A stretch of 24,943 nucleotides of DNA from a virus (lineage: Duplodnaviria; Caudoviricetes). The DNA is taken from positions 1 to 24,943 of IMG/VR virus record IMGVR_UViG_3300020319_000014. The stretch is one strand, 5' to 3'. The notes below the pieces were generated by a model. The model saw nothing but the letters and a program-made list of their open reading frames with translations. It ran no database searches and was not told where the DNA came from. This document shows positions 17,138 through 24,943 of the stretch, one piece after another; position 1 is the stretch's first letter, and each line of letters begins with the position of its first letter. The position numbers were made by a program, and so were the translations under genes.

Positions 17138-17943
17138 TGTTCGGAACTCATTTTTATAACGAAGGCTTAAGAAAACTTACTATTGCATTTGGTCAGTTGT
17201 TTAATAATATTGTATTACAAAATACAAGTAGCACAGGTGCAGTTACAAAAAGATTAAGAGTACCTTTAGCATATGCGCCAAAAGAAAAATTTATAGTAAG
17301 ATTAGAACAACAAGCTAATTTACAATCTGATAGAGAAGTGTCAATAACTTTACCAAGATTAGGTTTTGAAATTACAGGTTTGTCTTATGACCCTAGTAGA
17401 AAACTTAATAAAATGCAGAAAGTAATTAGACCTAAACAAAATGAAGATGGTAAAAAAAATAATTTTAATTATACACCAGTACCATATAATATAAATTTTA
17501 GTTTATATTCTTTTACAGCAACTGCTGAAAATGGTTTACAGATAGTTGAACAAATATTACCTTTCTTTCAACCAGAATATACGGTAACAATGAATGTTGT
17601 TCCTGAAATGAGTTTAGTAAGAGATATACCTATTATTTTAAACAATGTAAACTATGAAGACACATATAACGGAGAGTTTACACGAAGAAGAGCTGTAATT
17701 TATACTTTAAGTTTTACAGCAAAAACATACTTATATGGTCCAATGGGTAATCAAAAAGTTATTAAAAATGTTCAAGCAGACCTTGGTGCTGATACAGCTG
17801 CACCTCTAGTAAGAGAAGAAAGAATTATTGTTGTACCTAATCCTACAACAGCTGACGCAGATGATGATTTTGGATTTACAACAACATTAAGTTTTTTTGA
17901 TGATGGTAAGAGATACAATCCATCAAGTGATACTGATACATAG
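17137..17943 (+). CDS. gp15: Tail sheath stabiliser/terminator gp15, 268 aa
   Basis: MFGTHFYN...FGQLFNNI, VPLAYAPKEKF, TLPRLGFEI..YDPSRKLN, QIVEQILPFFQPEY and FTAKTYLYGP. Confidence 0.93.
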   Translation: MFGTHFYNEGLRKLTIAFGQLFNNIVLQNTSSTGAVTKRLRVPLAYAPKEKFIVRLEQQANLQSDREVSITLPRLGFEITGLSYDPSRKLNKMQKVIRPKQNEDGKKNNFNYTPVPYNINFSLYSFTATAENGLQIVEQILPFFQPEYTVTMNVVPEMSLVRDIPIILNNVNYEDTYNGEFTRRRAVIYTLSFTAKTYLYGPMGNQKVIKNVQADLGADTAAPLVREERIIVVPNPTTADADDDFGFTTTLSFFDDGKRYNPSSDTDT

Positions 17944-17952
17944 GAGTTTTAA

Positions 17953-18432
17953 ATGAGTAAATTGGAAGATAATGTGAATGATATATTAGGTATAGAAAAA
18001 AAAGAAGAAAAGTTTTCTTTAACAGAATTTGAACAACCAGCTCCTGTACCTAGAAAAATTGATGAAACAAAAGATGATGTAGATAATGATTATTCTCATA
18101 GTAGAGATAATTATTATAATCTAATAGATAAAGGTAATGAAGCTATTGAAGGTATATTAGATATTGCAAAAGAAGGCCAACACCCTAGAGCATATGAAGT
18201 TGCAGGTCAATTGATTGGTCAAGTTGCACAAACGGTAGATAAACTACAAGACTTACAGAAAAAATTAAAAGATTTAAAAGAATTACCAAAGTCAGCTAAT
18301 ACACAAATTAAAAATGCATTGTTTGTAGGTTCTACAAATGAATTACAAAAAATGTTAAATCGGAAAAAAGAAGATGATATTATTGAAGGCGAAAGCGGGC
18401 AACCAAAAAAAGATAATACTGGAGATAAGTAA
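17953..18432 (+). CDS. gp16: Terminase small subunit gp16, 159 aa
   Basis: DYSHSRDNYYNLIDKGNEAI, HPRAYEVAGQLI and NALFVGSTNELQKML. SD AGGAG. Confidence 0.93.
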   Translation: MSKLEDNVNDILGIEKKEEKFSLTEFEQPAPVPRKIDETKDDVDNDYSHSRDNYYNLIDKGNEAIEGILDIAKEGQHPRAYEVAGQLIGQVAQTVDKLQDLQKKLKDLKELPKSANTQIKNALFVGSTNELQKMLNRKKEDDIIEGESGQPKKDNTGDK

Positions 18433-18661
18433 AATCCATTATATAAAATCTATGACACCTTTGCCTGAATTGTTAGAAGGCCAAGAGATGTTAAACCCCA
18501 TAGAAGTTAAAAAACATACATATTCTTTATCACCAAGAAAAGGTGTAGGTGGTGTACCTTATACAGAAAAAAAATATTCTGTTTGGCGAGGCAGTCAAAG
18601 AGTGCAAGCCGCTATTAAATTAGGTTATACACATATAGAAGGAGTTATCATAAATGACTGA
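18374..18661 (+). CDS. Small ParB/Srx-like N-terminal-domain protein, up to 95 aa (start uncertain)
   Basis: LNPIEV.....YSVWRGSQRVQAAIKLGYTHIEGVII resembles the ParB/sulfiredoxin core (PI.V ... hhdG.hRh.Ah..LG...I). It fills the gp16-gp17 gap. Confidence 0.6.
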   Translation: MILLKAKAGNQKKIILEISKIHYIKSMTPLPELLEGQEMLNPIEVKKHTYSLSPRKGVGGVPYTEKKYSVWRGSQRVQAAIKLGYTHIEGVIIND

Positions 18662-20282
18662 CAATTATCTAGGTAATCCTAATTTAAAAAAAGTAAATAC
18701 TCCTGTTGAATTTACAAAAGAACAAATTTTAGAATATCAAAAGTGTAGTGAAGACCCATTATACTTTATGGAAACTTACATGAAAATTGTAAGTCTTGAT
18801 GAGGGTCTTGTCCCTTTTAAGATGTATGATTTTCAAAAACATATAGTTAGGACAATACATGACAATCGTTTCACAATTTGCAAATTACCTAGACAATCGG
18901 GTAAGTCTACCACTACGGTATCATATCTATTACATTATGCCTTATTTAATCCTAATTCTAATATCGCTATTCTAGCAAACAAATCATCTACTGCTAGAGA
19001 TATTTTAAGTAGAGTACAATTAGCATATGAGAATTTACCAAAATGGTTACAACAAGGTGTTATAAACTGGAACAAAGGTAATATAGAATTAGAAAATAAA
19101 TCTCAAATAGTTGCGGCTGCTACATCTTCAAGTGCAATTAGAGGTGGTTCTTATAATATAATTTTTCTTGATGAGTTTGCTTTCGTACCAGCAAATATAG
19201 CAGAGATGTTTTTTAGCTCTGTATATCCTACAATCTCCTCTGGACAAAAAACAAAAATGATTATTGTATCAACACCTTATGGTATGAATCAATTTTATAA
19301 ACTATGGTCAGACGCAGAAAATGGTAGAAATGATTATGTACCAATTGAAGTGCATTGGTCAGAGGTACCAGGTAGAGATGAAGATTGGAAAGAAAGAACA
19401 ATTAGAAATACATCACCTGAGCAATTTCAACAAGAGTTTGAGTGTGAGTTTTTAGGTTCGGTCAATACACTTATTAGTCCAGCAAAAATAAAAAATATGG
19501 TGTTTAAAAAACCAAAAACATCAAATGCAGGTTTAGATGTTTATGAGGATCCTGTAAAAGGAAAAACATATACTATTACGGTTGATGTGGCTAGAGGTGT
19601 ATTAAAAGATTACTCAGCATTTATTGTTACAGATGTTTCACAATTTCCTTTTAACATTGTGGCCAAATATAGAAACAATGATATTAAACCTTTATTATTT
19701 CCTCACACAATTGACCAAGTTGCAAAGGCTTATAATCATGCACATGTATTAGTAGAAACAAATGATTTGGGTCAACAAATAGCAGAAGCTTTGCAGTTTG
19801 AATTAGAATATGACAACTTATTAATGACAACAAATAGAGGTCGTGCAGGTCAAATACTTGGTGCCGGATTTAGTGGTAGAGGTGCAGGCTTTGGTGTTAA
19901 GATGACTAAACAAATTAAAAAAATAGGTTGTGCTAATATTAAAACATTAATTGAGTCAGATAAAATACAAGTAAATGATTTTAACATAGTTGAAGAGATG
20001 TCAACCTTTGTTAGAAGAGGTCAAAGTTGGCAGGCTGAAGACGGAAATACAGACGATTTAATGATGTGTCTGGTCATATTTGGTTGGTTATCTAATCAAC
20101 CATTCTTTAAAGAGATGACGGATACAAACGCAAGACAAATGTTATATGATGAACAACAACACTTAATTGAGCAAGATATGGCGCCTTTTGGATTCGTAGA
20201 TGACGGAATACCAGACCACGAAAAAGTAACGGTGGATGAATATGGAGATGTTTGGCATCCTGTTACCCGAAAAGGTCAATAG
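18654..20282 (+). CDS. gp17: Terminase large subunit gp17, 542 aa
   Basis: YLGNPNLKK, Walker A PRQSGKST, Walker B IIFLDEFAF, STPYG, FQQEFECEFLGS, and nuclease motifs VDVARG and DDLMM. Confidence 0.97.
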   Translation: MTDNYLGNPNLKKVNTPVEFTKEQILEYQKCSEDPLYFMETYMKIVSLDEGLVPFKMYDFQKHIVRTIHDNRFTICKLPRQSGKSTTTVSYLLHYALFNPNSNIAILANKSSTARDILSRVQLAYENLPKWLQQGVINWNKGNIELENKSQIVAAATSSSAIRGGSYNIIFLDEFAFVPANIAEMFFSSVYPTISSGQKTKMIIVSTPYGMNQFYKLWSDAENGRNDYVPIEVHWSEVPGRDEDWKERTIRNTSPEQFQQEFECEFLGSVNTLISPAKIKNMVFKKPKTSNAGLDVYEDPVKGKTYTITVDVARGVLKDYSAFIVTDVSQFPFNIVAKYRNNDIKPLLFPHTIDQVAKAYNHAHVLVETNDLGQQIAEALQFELEYDNLLMTTNRGRAGQILGAGFSGRGAGFGVKMTKQIKKIGCANIKTLIESDKIQVNDFNIVEEMSTFVRRGQSWQAEDGNTDDLMMCLVIFGWLSNQPFFKEMTDTNARQMLYDEQQHLIEQDMAPFGFVDDGIPDHEKVTVDEYGDVWHPVTRKGQ

Positions 20283-20298
20283 TCAAGTTTGCGTATCT

Positions 20299-20306
20299 TA
20301 TAAATA
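20299..20306 (+). promoter_or_regulatory. T4-type late promoter TATAAATA upstream of gp18
   Basis: Exact consensus in ATCTTATAAATA context, intergenic. Confidence 0.85.
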
Positions 20307-20369
20307 TCAGTAAGGTTGAAATTTGAATATGGGCGTATGAATAATACGATTTTTGAACAAATTAAAAGA

Positions 20370-20383
20370 TAATTAGCTAATTA
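20370..20383. repeat. Perfect 14-bp palindrome TAATTAGCTAATTA just upstream of the gp18 SD
   Basis: Self-reverse-complementary. AGGAG follows at 20386-20390. Confidence 0.8.
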
Positions 20384-20398
20384 AAAGGAGAAAACCTA

Positions 20399-22318
20399 AT
20401 GGCATTTCAAGTATCACCAGGTGTTCTCGTACAGGAAAAAGACCTTACAAGAATTATACCGGCGGTTTCAACTTCTATCGGTGCTGTAGCAATACAATCT
20501 ACACAAGGACCAATAGATGAAATCACTAGTATATCAAGTGAGCAAGAACTTGTTAGTAAGTTTGGTAAACCAAATTCTTCAACTTTTGAAGGATTTTTTA
20601 CTGCCGCTAACTTTTTGCAATACTCTAATTCTTTAAGAGTTGTCCGTGTACAGAATTCATCTGTATCAAATGCTACTGAATCAGGTAGTACATTTGTAAT
20701 AAAAAATACTACTGATTACCAAAATAACCATGCTGATGGTTCTGCTTCTGTTGGTTTGTGGGCGGCTAGAACAGCTGGCGCATTTGGAAATAACTTACAA
20801 ATTTCCTCATGTCCATCTGCTACTGCTTACGAAGAAGTAAACAAGACAACTGTAAATGACAGCTCAACTGCTGTTGGAGATACGGTAGTTACAGTTACTT
20901 CAGGAACAGGAATTACAGCAGGCGACATAGTAAACTTTGGTGACCAGTACGAGTACAGAGTTGTTAGTGTATCAACTAATGACTTAACAATAGTTAGAAA
21001 AGACGAGCCTTCACATTTCGGAGCTTCTGATTCTTCAGGATTACACGCTGTTATAACTAACGGTGGGCAAGTAAGACGAAGATGGAAGTATTATGACCTA
21101 TTTGATAAAGCACCAGGAACTTCACCATTTGCAGCTGCAAGAGGTGGTGTTAATGATGAAATTCATATAGCAGTAATAGACGAAGATGGTGGTATATCAG
21201 GAACTAAAGGTGATGTGTTAGAAACATATAGCGCAGTATCTAAAGGTTCAGACTCAAAAACACCACAAGGCGACACAAACTACTATCCAGATGTAATTTA
21301 CAATCAATCAAATTACATTTACTGGATGGACCACAACTCATCAGGTTCAAACTGGGGTAGTGCAGTATCAGGTACAACTTTTACGGCAGTTACAGCAGTC
21401 AGTAATGTATCGTTGACAAATGGTAATGACGGAACAACAGCTTCAGTAGCTCAGAAATTAACTGCTTATCAGAAATTTCAAGACGCTGAAACGGTTGATG
21501 TAGGTCTTATCATGGCAGGTGACGGTAACGCTACACACATTGATAACTTAATTACGGTTGCAGAAAATAGAAAAGACGCAGTTGTATTTGCTTCTCCAGA
21601 GAGAAGTGATGTTGTTAATGTTGCAGACGACAACGCAGCTAAAGATAATGTAATAGCATTCTTTAATGGTATTCGTTCATCTTCATATGTTGTTTTTGAT
21701 AGTGGTTACAAATACCAATACGACAGATACAATGACATGTACAGATTTGTACCGTTAAATGGTGATATGGCAGGTCTAGCGGCTAGAACTGACCTTGTTG
21801 CAGATAGTTGGTTTTCACCAGCTGGTTTCAACAGAGGTATAGTTAGAGGCGCAGTAAAACTTGCTTTCAATCCAACTAAAACTCAAAGAGATGAATTATA
21901 CAGAGCTAGAGTAAATCCTGTGGCAACTTTCCCAGGACAAGGCACGGTATTATTCGGAGATAAAACTGGATTAACAGCACCTTCAGCATTTGATAGAATC
22001 AATGTTAGAAGATTGTTTATCACTTTAGAGAAGGCAATATCAACTGCTTCTAAATTTCAATTGTTTGAATTCAATGATGAATTTACAAGAGCAAACTTTA
22101 GAAACATTGTAGAACCTTTTTTAAGAGAAGTACAAGGACGAAGAGGTATCACAGACTTTTTAGTAGTGTGTGATGAAACTAATAACACAGGCGAAGTAAT
22201 TGATAGAAATGAATTTATAGCAGAAATCTTTGTGAAACCTGCTAGAAGTATCAACTTTATCACATTACAATTTATAGCCACTAGAACTGGCGTCAGTTTT
22301 GACGAAGTTGCTGGGTAA
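20399..22318 (+). CDS. gp18: Tail sheath protein gp18, 639 aa
   Basis: SPGVLVQEKDLT, FGKPN, AANFLQYSNSLRVVR, WFSPAGFNRG, FGDKT...SAFDRINVRRLF and KPARSINFITLQF. Confidence 0.97.
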   Translation: MAFQVSPGVLVQEKDLTRIIPAVSTSIGAVAIQSTQGPIDEITSISSEQELVSKFGKPNSSTFEGFFTAANFLQYSNSLRVVRVQNSSVSNATESGSTFVIKNTTDYQNNHADGSASVGLWAARTAGAFGNNLQISSCPSATAYEEVNKTTVNDSSTAVGDTVVTVTSGTGITAGDIVNFGDQYEYRVVSVSTNDLTIVRKDEPSHFGASDSSGLHAVITNGGQVRRRWKYYDLFDKAPGTSPFAAARGGVNDEIHIAVIDEDGGISGTKGDVLETYSAVSKGSDSKTPQGDTNYYPDVIYNQSNYIYWMDHNSSGSNWGSAVSGTTFTAVTAVSNVSLTNGNDGTTASVAQKLTAYQKFQDAETVDVGLIMAGDGNATHIDNLITVAENRKDAVVFASPERSDVVNVADDNAAKDNVIAFFNGIRSSSYVVFDSGYKYQYDRYNDMYRFVPLNGDMAGLAARTDLVADSWFSPAGFNRGIVRGAVKLAFNPTKTQRDELYRARVNPVATFPGQGTVLFGDKTGLTAPSAFDRINVRRLFITLEKAISTASKFQLFEFNDEFTRANFRNIVEPFLREVQGRRGITDFLVVCDETNNTGEVIDRNEFIAEIFVKPARSINFITLQFIATRTGVSFDEVAG

Positions 22319-22339
22319 GGATAGAATAGGAGAATAACA

Positions 22340-22867
22340 ATGGCAAACATTAATGACTTCAAAGCTAAACTTGCAGGCGGCGGCGCTAGAGGTAATCAGT
22401 TTAAGGTAACAATGCCTTTTCCAGGTTACGCACAAGTTGGTGGAGAAATAGAAGAGTTAGCATTCTTATGTAAAGGCACTCAATTACCGGCAATGACAAT
22501 GCCGTCATTTACGGTACCATTTAGAGGCAGACAAATTAAGATTGCTGGCGATAGAACATACGCTGATTGGACAATTACGGTACTAAATGATACAAATTTC
22601 AAATTAAGAAACGCATTTGAAAGATGGTCAAATGGTATTAACAATGCGACAGATGGTGAAGGATTAACAAATCCTGCTGACTATCAAGTTGACGCATTTG
22701 TTGACCAGTTAGATAGAAACGGTGCAACTATTAAGTCGTACACTTTACGAGGTGCTTTCCCGACTGAAATAGCTGCTATTGAGTTGGCATACGACCAAAA
22801 TGACGCCATAGAAGAATTTGGTGTTACTTTTGCGTATCAATACTTTGAAAGCAATACTACTACATAG
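22340..22867 (+). CDS. gp19: Tail tube protein gp19, 175 aa
   Basis: GGGARGNQFKV, FLCKGTQLP, VPFRGRQIKIAGDRTYADWTITVLND and IEEFGVTFAYQYF. SD AGGAG. Confidence 0.96.
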   Translation: MANINDFKAKLAGGGARGNQFKVTMPFPGYAQVGGEIEELAFLCKGTQLPAMTMPSFTVPFRGRQIKIAGDRTYADWTITVLNDTNFKLRNAFERWSNGINNATDGEGLTNPADYQVDAFVDQLDRNGATIKSYTLRGAFPTEIAAIELAYDQNDAIEEFGVTFAYQYFESNTTT

Positions 22868-22869
22868 TA

Positions 22870-22877
22870 TATAAATA
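22870..22877 (+). promoter_or_regulatory. T4-type late promoter TATAAATA upstream of gp20
   Basis: Exact consensus in the gp19-gp20 gap, followed by SD AAGGA. Confidence 0.8.
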
Positions 22878-22905
22878 TTAGTAGTAATTACAAAGGAATA
22901 ATATT

Positions 22906-24420
22906 ATGGCTGATTTATTTGGATTTTCTATCACTCGTATTAAAAAGACGGCGGATCCAAAACAAAGCTTTACACAACCTCAAGCGGATGATGGTACACA
23001 AACCATCGCCGCTGGGGGTTATTTTGGTCAATACCTTGACATGGAAGGACAGGCCAAAACAGAGCAAGACTTAATCCGAAGATATAGAGAAATAGCATTA
23101 CACCCCGAATGTGATATGGCGATAGAGGATATTGTCAATGAAGCAGTTGTGGCTAACGAATTAAAGGATGCTATTAGACTTAAATTGGATAATGTCCCAT
23201 TTGGTGGTGAAGTTAGACGAAAGATAGAAGACGAATTTCAAGAAGTATTAAGATTAATAAATTTTAATACAAAAGGACACGACATATTTAGAAGATGGTA
23301 TGTTGATGGTAGAATGTATTACCATAAAGTGATTGATAGGGAATCACCAAGAAAAGGTATTACAGAGTTAAGATACATAGACCCTAGAAAAATTAAAAAA
23401 GTAAGAGAAGTTAGAAAGAAAAGACCTGACGGTCCAACACCACACGGACTTTCTATCGTTGACGAATTTCAAGAATATTATTTGTACAATGAAAAAGGTG
23501 TAGCAGGCACAACATCTGGTGGAATTAAAATTGCTCCAGATACTATAGCTTATGTGCCTTCAGGAATGATTGACCAAAATAAAAATATGGTTTTATCATA
23601 TTTACATAAAGCAATCAAACCTGTAAATCAATTAAGAATGATAGAAGACGCTACGGTAATTTATAGAATTGCTAGAGCGCCTGAAAGAAGAATATTTAAG
23701 ATTGATGTAGGTAATTTACCTAAAGTAAAAGCTGAACAATACTTACGAGATGTTATGGCAAGATACAGAAATAAACTTGTTTATGACGCCTCTACTGGTG
23801 AAATCAGAGATGATAGAAACTATATGAGTATGTTAGAAGACTTTTGGTTACCAAGTAGAGAAGGTGGTAGAGGTACAGATATTACTACACTACCAGGCGG
23901 ACAAAATCTTGGTGAAATAAATGATATAGAATATTTTAGAGCAAAACTATATCGTTCTTTAAATGTTCCTGCTAGTAGATTAGAAGCGAGTCAAGGTTTT
24001 AATCTTGGTCGTTCAACTGAAATTACTAGAGATGAACTTAAATTTACTAAATTTGTTCAGAGATTAAGAAAAAAATTTACTGAACTATTTAATGATATAA
24101 TGAAAACACAACTAATCTTAAAGGCTGTAATTACAGACGAAGATTGGCACCTATTAAGAGACCATATTCAATATGATTTCTTACAAGACGGACACTTTGC
24201 AGAATTAAAAGAGTCTGAAATGTTAATGGAAAGATTGAGAGTTGCCGATTCTATGAGAGATTATGTTGGTAAATACTTCTCTGTTGAGTATGTAAGAAAG
24301 AATGTATTACGACAAACAGATAGAGATATTGAGAAGATTAACAAACAAATTAAAAAAGAAATTGATGACGGTATTATCGCTATGCCAGACGCAGGCGAAT
24401 TTACAAGAGAAGTCAAATAG
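22906..24420 (+). CDS. gp20: Portal vertex protein gp20, 504 aa
   Basis: FRRWYVDGR, SYLHKAIKPVNQLRMIEDATVIYRIARAPERRIF.IDVGNLP and EDFWLPSREGGRGTDITTLPGGQNLG. Confidence 0.97.
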   Translation: MADLFGFSITRIKKTADPKQSFTQPQADDGTQTIAAGGYFGQYLDMEGQAKTEQDLIRRYREIALHPECDMAIEDIVNEAVVANELKDAIRLKLDNVPFGGEVRRKIEDEFQEVLRLINFNTKGHDIFRRWYVDGRMYYHKVIDRESPRKGITELRYIDPRKIKKVREVRKKRPDGPTPHGLSIVDEFQEYYLYNEKGVAGTTSGGIKIAPDTIAYVPSGMIDQNKNMVLSYLHKAIKPVNQLRMIEDATVIYRIARAPERRIFKIDVGNLPKVKAEQYLRDVMARYRNKLVYDASTGEIRDDRNYMSMLEDFWLPSREGGRGTDITTLPGGQNLGEINDIEYFRAKLYRSLNVPASRLEASQGFNLGRSTEITRDELKFTKFVQRLRKKFTELFNDIMKTQLILKAVITDEDWHLLRDHIQYDFLQDGHFAELKESEMLMERLRVADSMRDYVGKYFSVEYVRKNVLRQTDRDIEKINKQIKKEIDDGIIAMPDAGEFTREVK

Positions 24421-24430
24421 GAGAAAATAA

Positions 24431-24766
24431 ATGAGTGAACATATAAAAAAATTTATTGATAACTTAGCAGGCGGAAAAAACGCTGACGCAGGCGAAGCTT
24501 TTAAAGACGCTTTAAGAGCTAAGGTTGCAGACTCTTTAGACAAACAAAGAGTTGATGTTGCAGGTAAAATATTTAATGGAGTAGAGCCAATGGCTCATAG
24601 CGACCCTAAACCTGTTGTAACAGACCCAGCACCTGAAACTGAAACAGTTATGGATACGCAAGGCAATGAAGTACAATTTACAGATAATGGTAACGAACAA
24701 CCAGCACCTGAATCTGAAGTACCAGCAGAGGCGCCAGCAAATGATGAAAGTCAGCCAACTACTTAA
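24431..24766 (+). CDS. gp67: Prohead core protein, gp67-like, 111 aa
   Basis: Directly after gp20. Helical N-terminus (FIDNL...A.EAFKDALRAKV...L....VDVA..IF) and an acidic Pro/Glu-rich tail, as for T4 gp67. Confidence 0.6.
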   Translation: MSEHIKKFIDNLAGGKNADAGEAFKDALRAKVADSLDKQRVDVAGKIFNGVEPMAHSDPKPVVTDPAPETETVMDTQGNEVQFTDNGNEQPAPESEVPAEAPANDESQPTT

Positions 24767-24943
24767 ACCAAATGTAGTTGACACTACGGTTTTTAATCAG
24801 TTGCCACCTAAACATAAAGAAGTGGTAAATGATTTTTACAATCAGGTAGAAAAATCTGATGGTAATATAATTGATAGAGTTGAAACTACAATTGACAAAG
24901 TTGCAACTAAACATAATGTAAGTACAAATGTAATGTATAATTA
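24741..24943 (+). CDS. Hypothetical protein (partial, runs off the 3' edge)
   Basis: Open frame MMKVSQLLKPNVVDTTVFNQLPPKHKEVVNDFYNQVEKSDGNIIDRVETTIDKVATKHNVSTNVMYN..., overlapping the end of the gp67-like gene. GAGG lies upstream. Confidence 0.7.
   Translation, partial: MMKVSQLLKPNVVDTTVFNQLPPKHKEVVNDFYNQVEKSDGNIIDRVETTIDKVATKHNVSTNVMYN

Noticed and set aside
18361-18432. Programmed frameshift fusing gp16 to the ParB-like ORF at the A-runs
   Set aside because: The fusion needs a +1 shift, whereas the A AAA AAG heptamer is phased for -1 out of the ParB frame. No stimulatory structure was seen.
18654-24420. Introns, inteins or homing endonucleases in gp17-gp20
   Set aside because: The ORFs are continuous and of normal length, with no splicing or LAGLIDADG/HNH/GIY-YIG motifs noticed.
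671-24784. All minus-strand ORFs in the track and the short alternative-frame plus ORFs (4340-4549, 8031-8216)
   Set aside because: They lie on top of well-supported plus-strand genes, have shadow-like composition and show no recognisable motifs.
1-24943. tRNA, rRNA, CRISPR array, integrase or IS element
   Set aside because: Intergenic gaps are at most 116 nt, and no cloverleaf, repeat-spacer pattern or recombinase motif was seen.

Overview
An AT-rich segment of a T4-like myovirus genome, most likely marine, with every credible gene on the + strand. The gene content fits the cyanomyophage/pelagimyophage-type lineage; the hemO-pcyX pair points to a heterotrophic, possibly alphaproteobacterial, host (inference). 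There are three blocks. (1) 1-8872: tail-fibre and virion-appendage genes with CBM-like repeats, a beta-helix, Ig-like domains and a glycine-rich adhesin. (2) 8912-15300: a tightly coupled nine-gene enzyme island with four different 2OG-Fe(II) oxygenases, a flavin-dependent (tryptophan-type) halogenase, heme oxygenase, a PcyX-type bilin reductase and two unknown genes. It sits behind a T4 late promoter and is bracketed by an identical 16-bp sequence. (3) 15336-24943: the T4 core module gp13-gp14-gp15-gp16-gp17-gp18-gp19-gp20-gp67, with two small inserted ORFs. Other signals are an extended late-promoter motif ATCTTATAAATA, a structured gp18 leader with a perfect 14-bp palindrome, and apparent avoidance of GATC and ACWGT. 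All family assignments come from motif recognition by eye; no searches were run.
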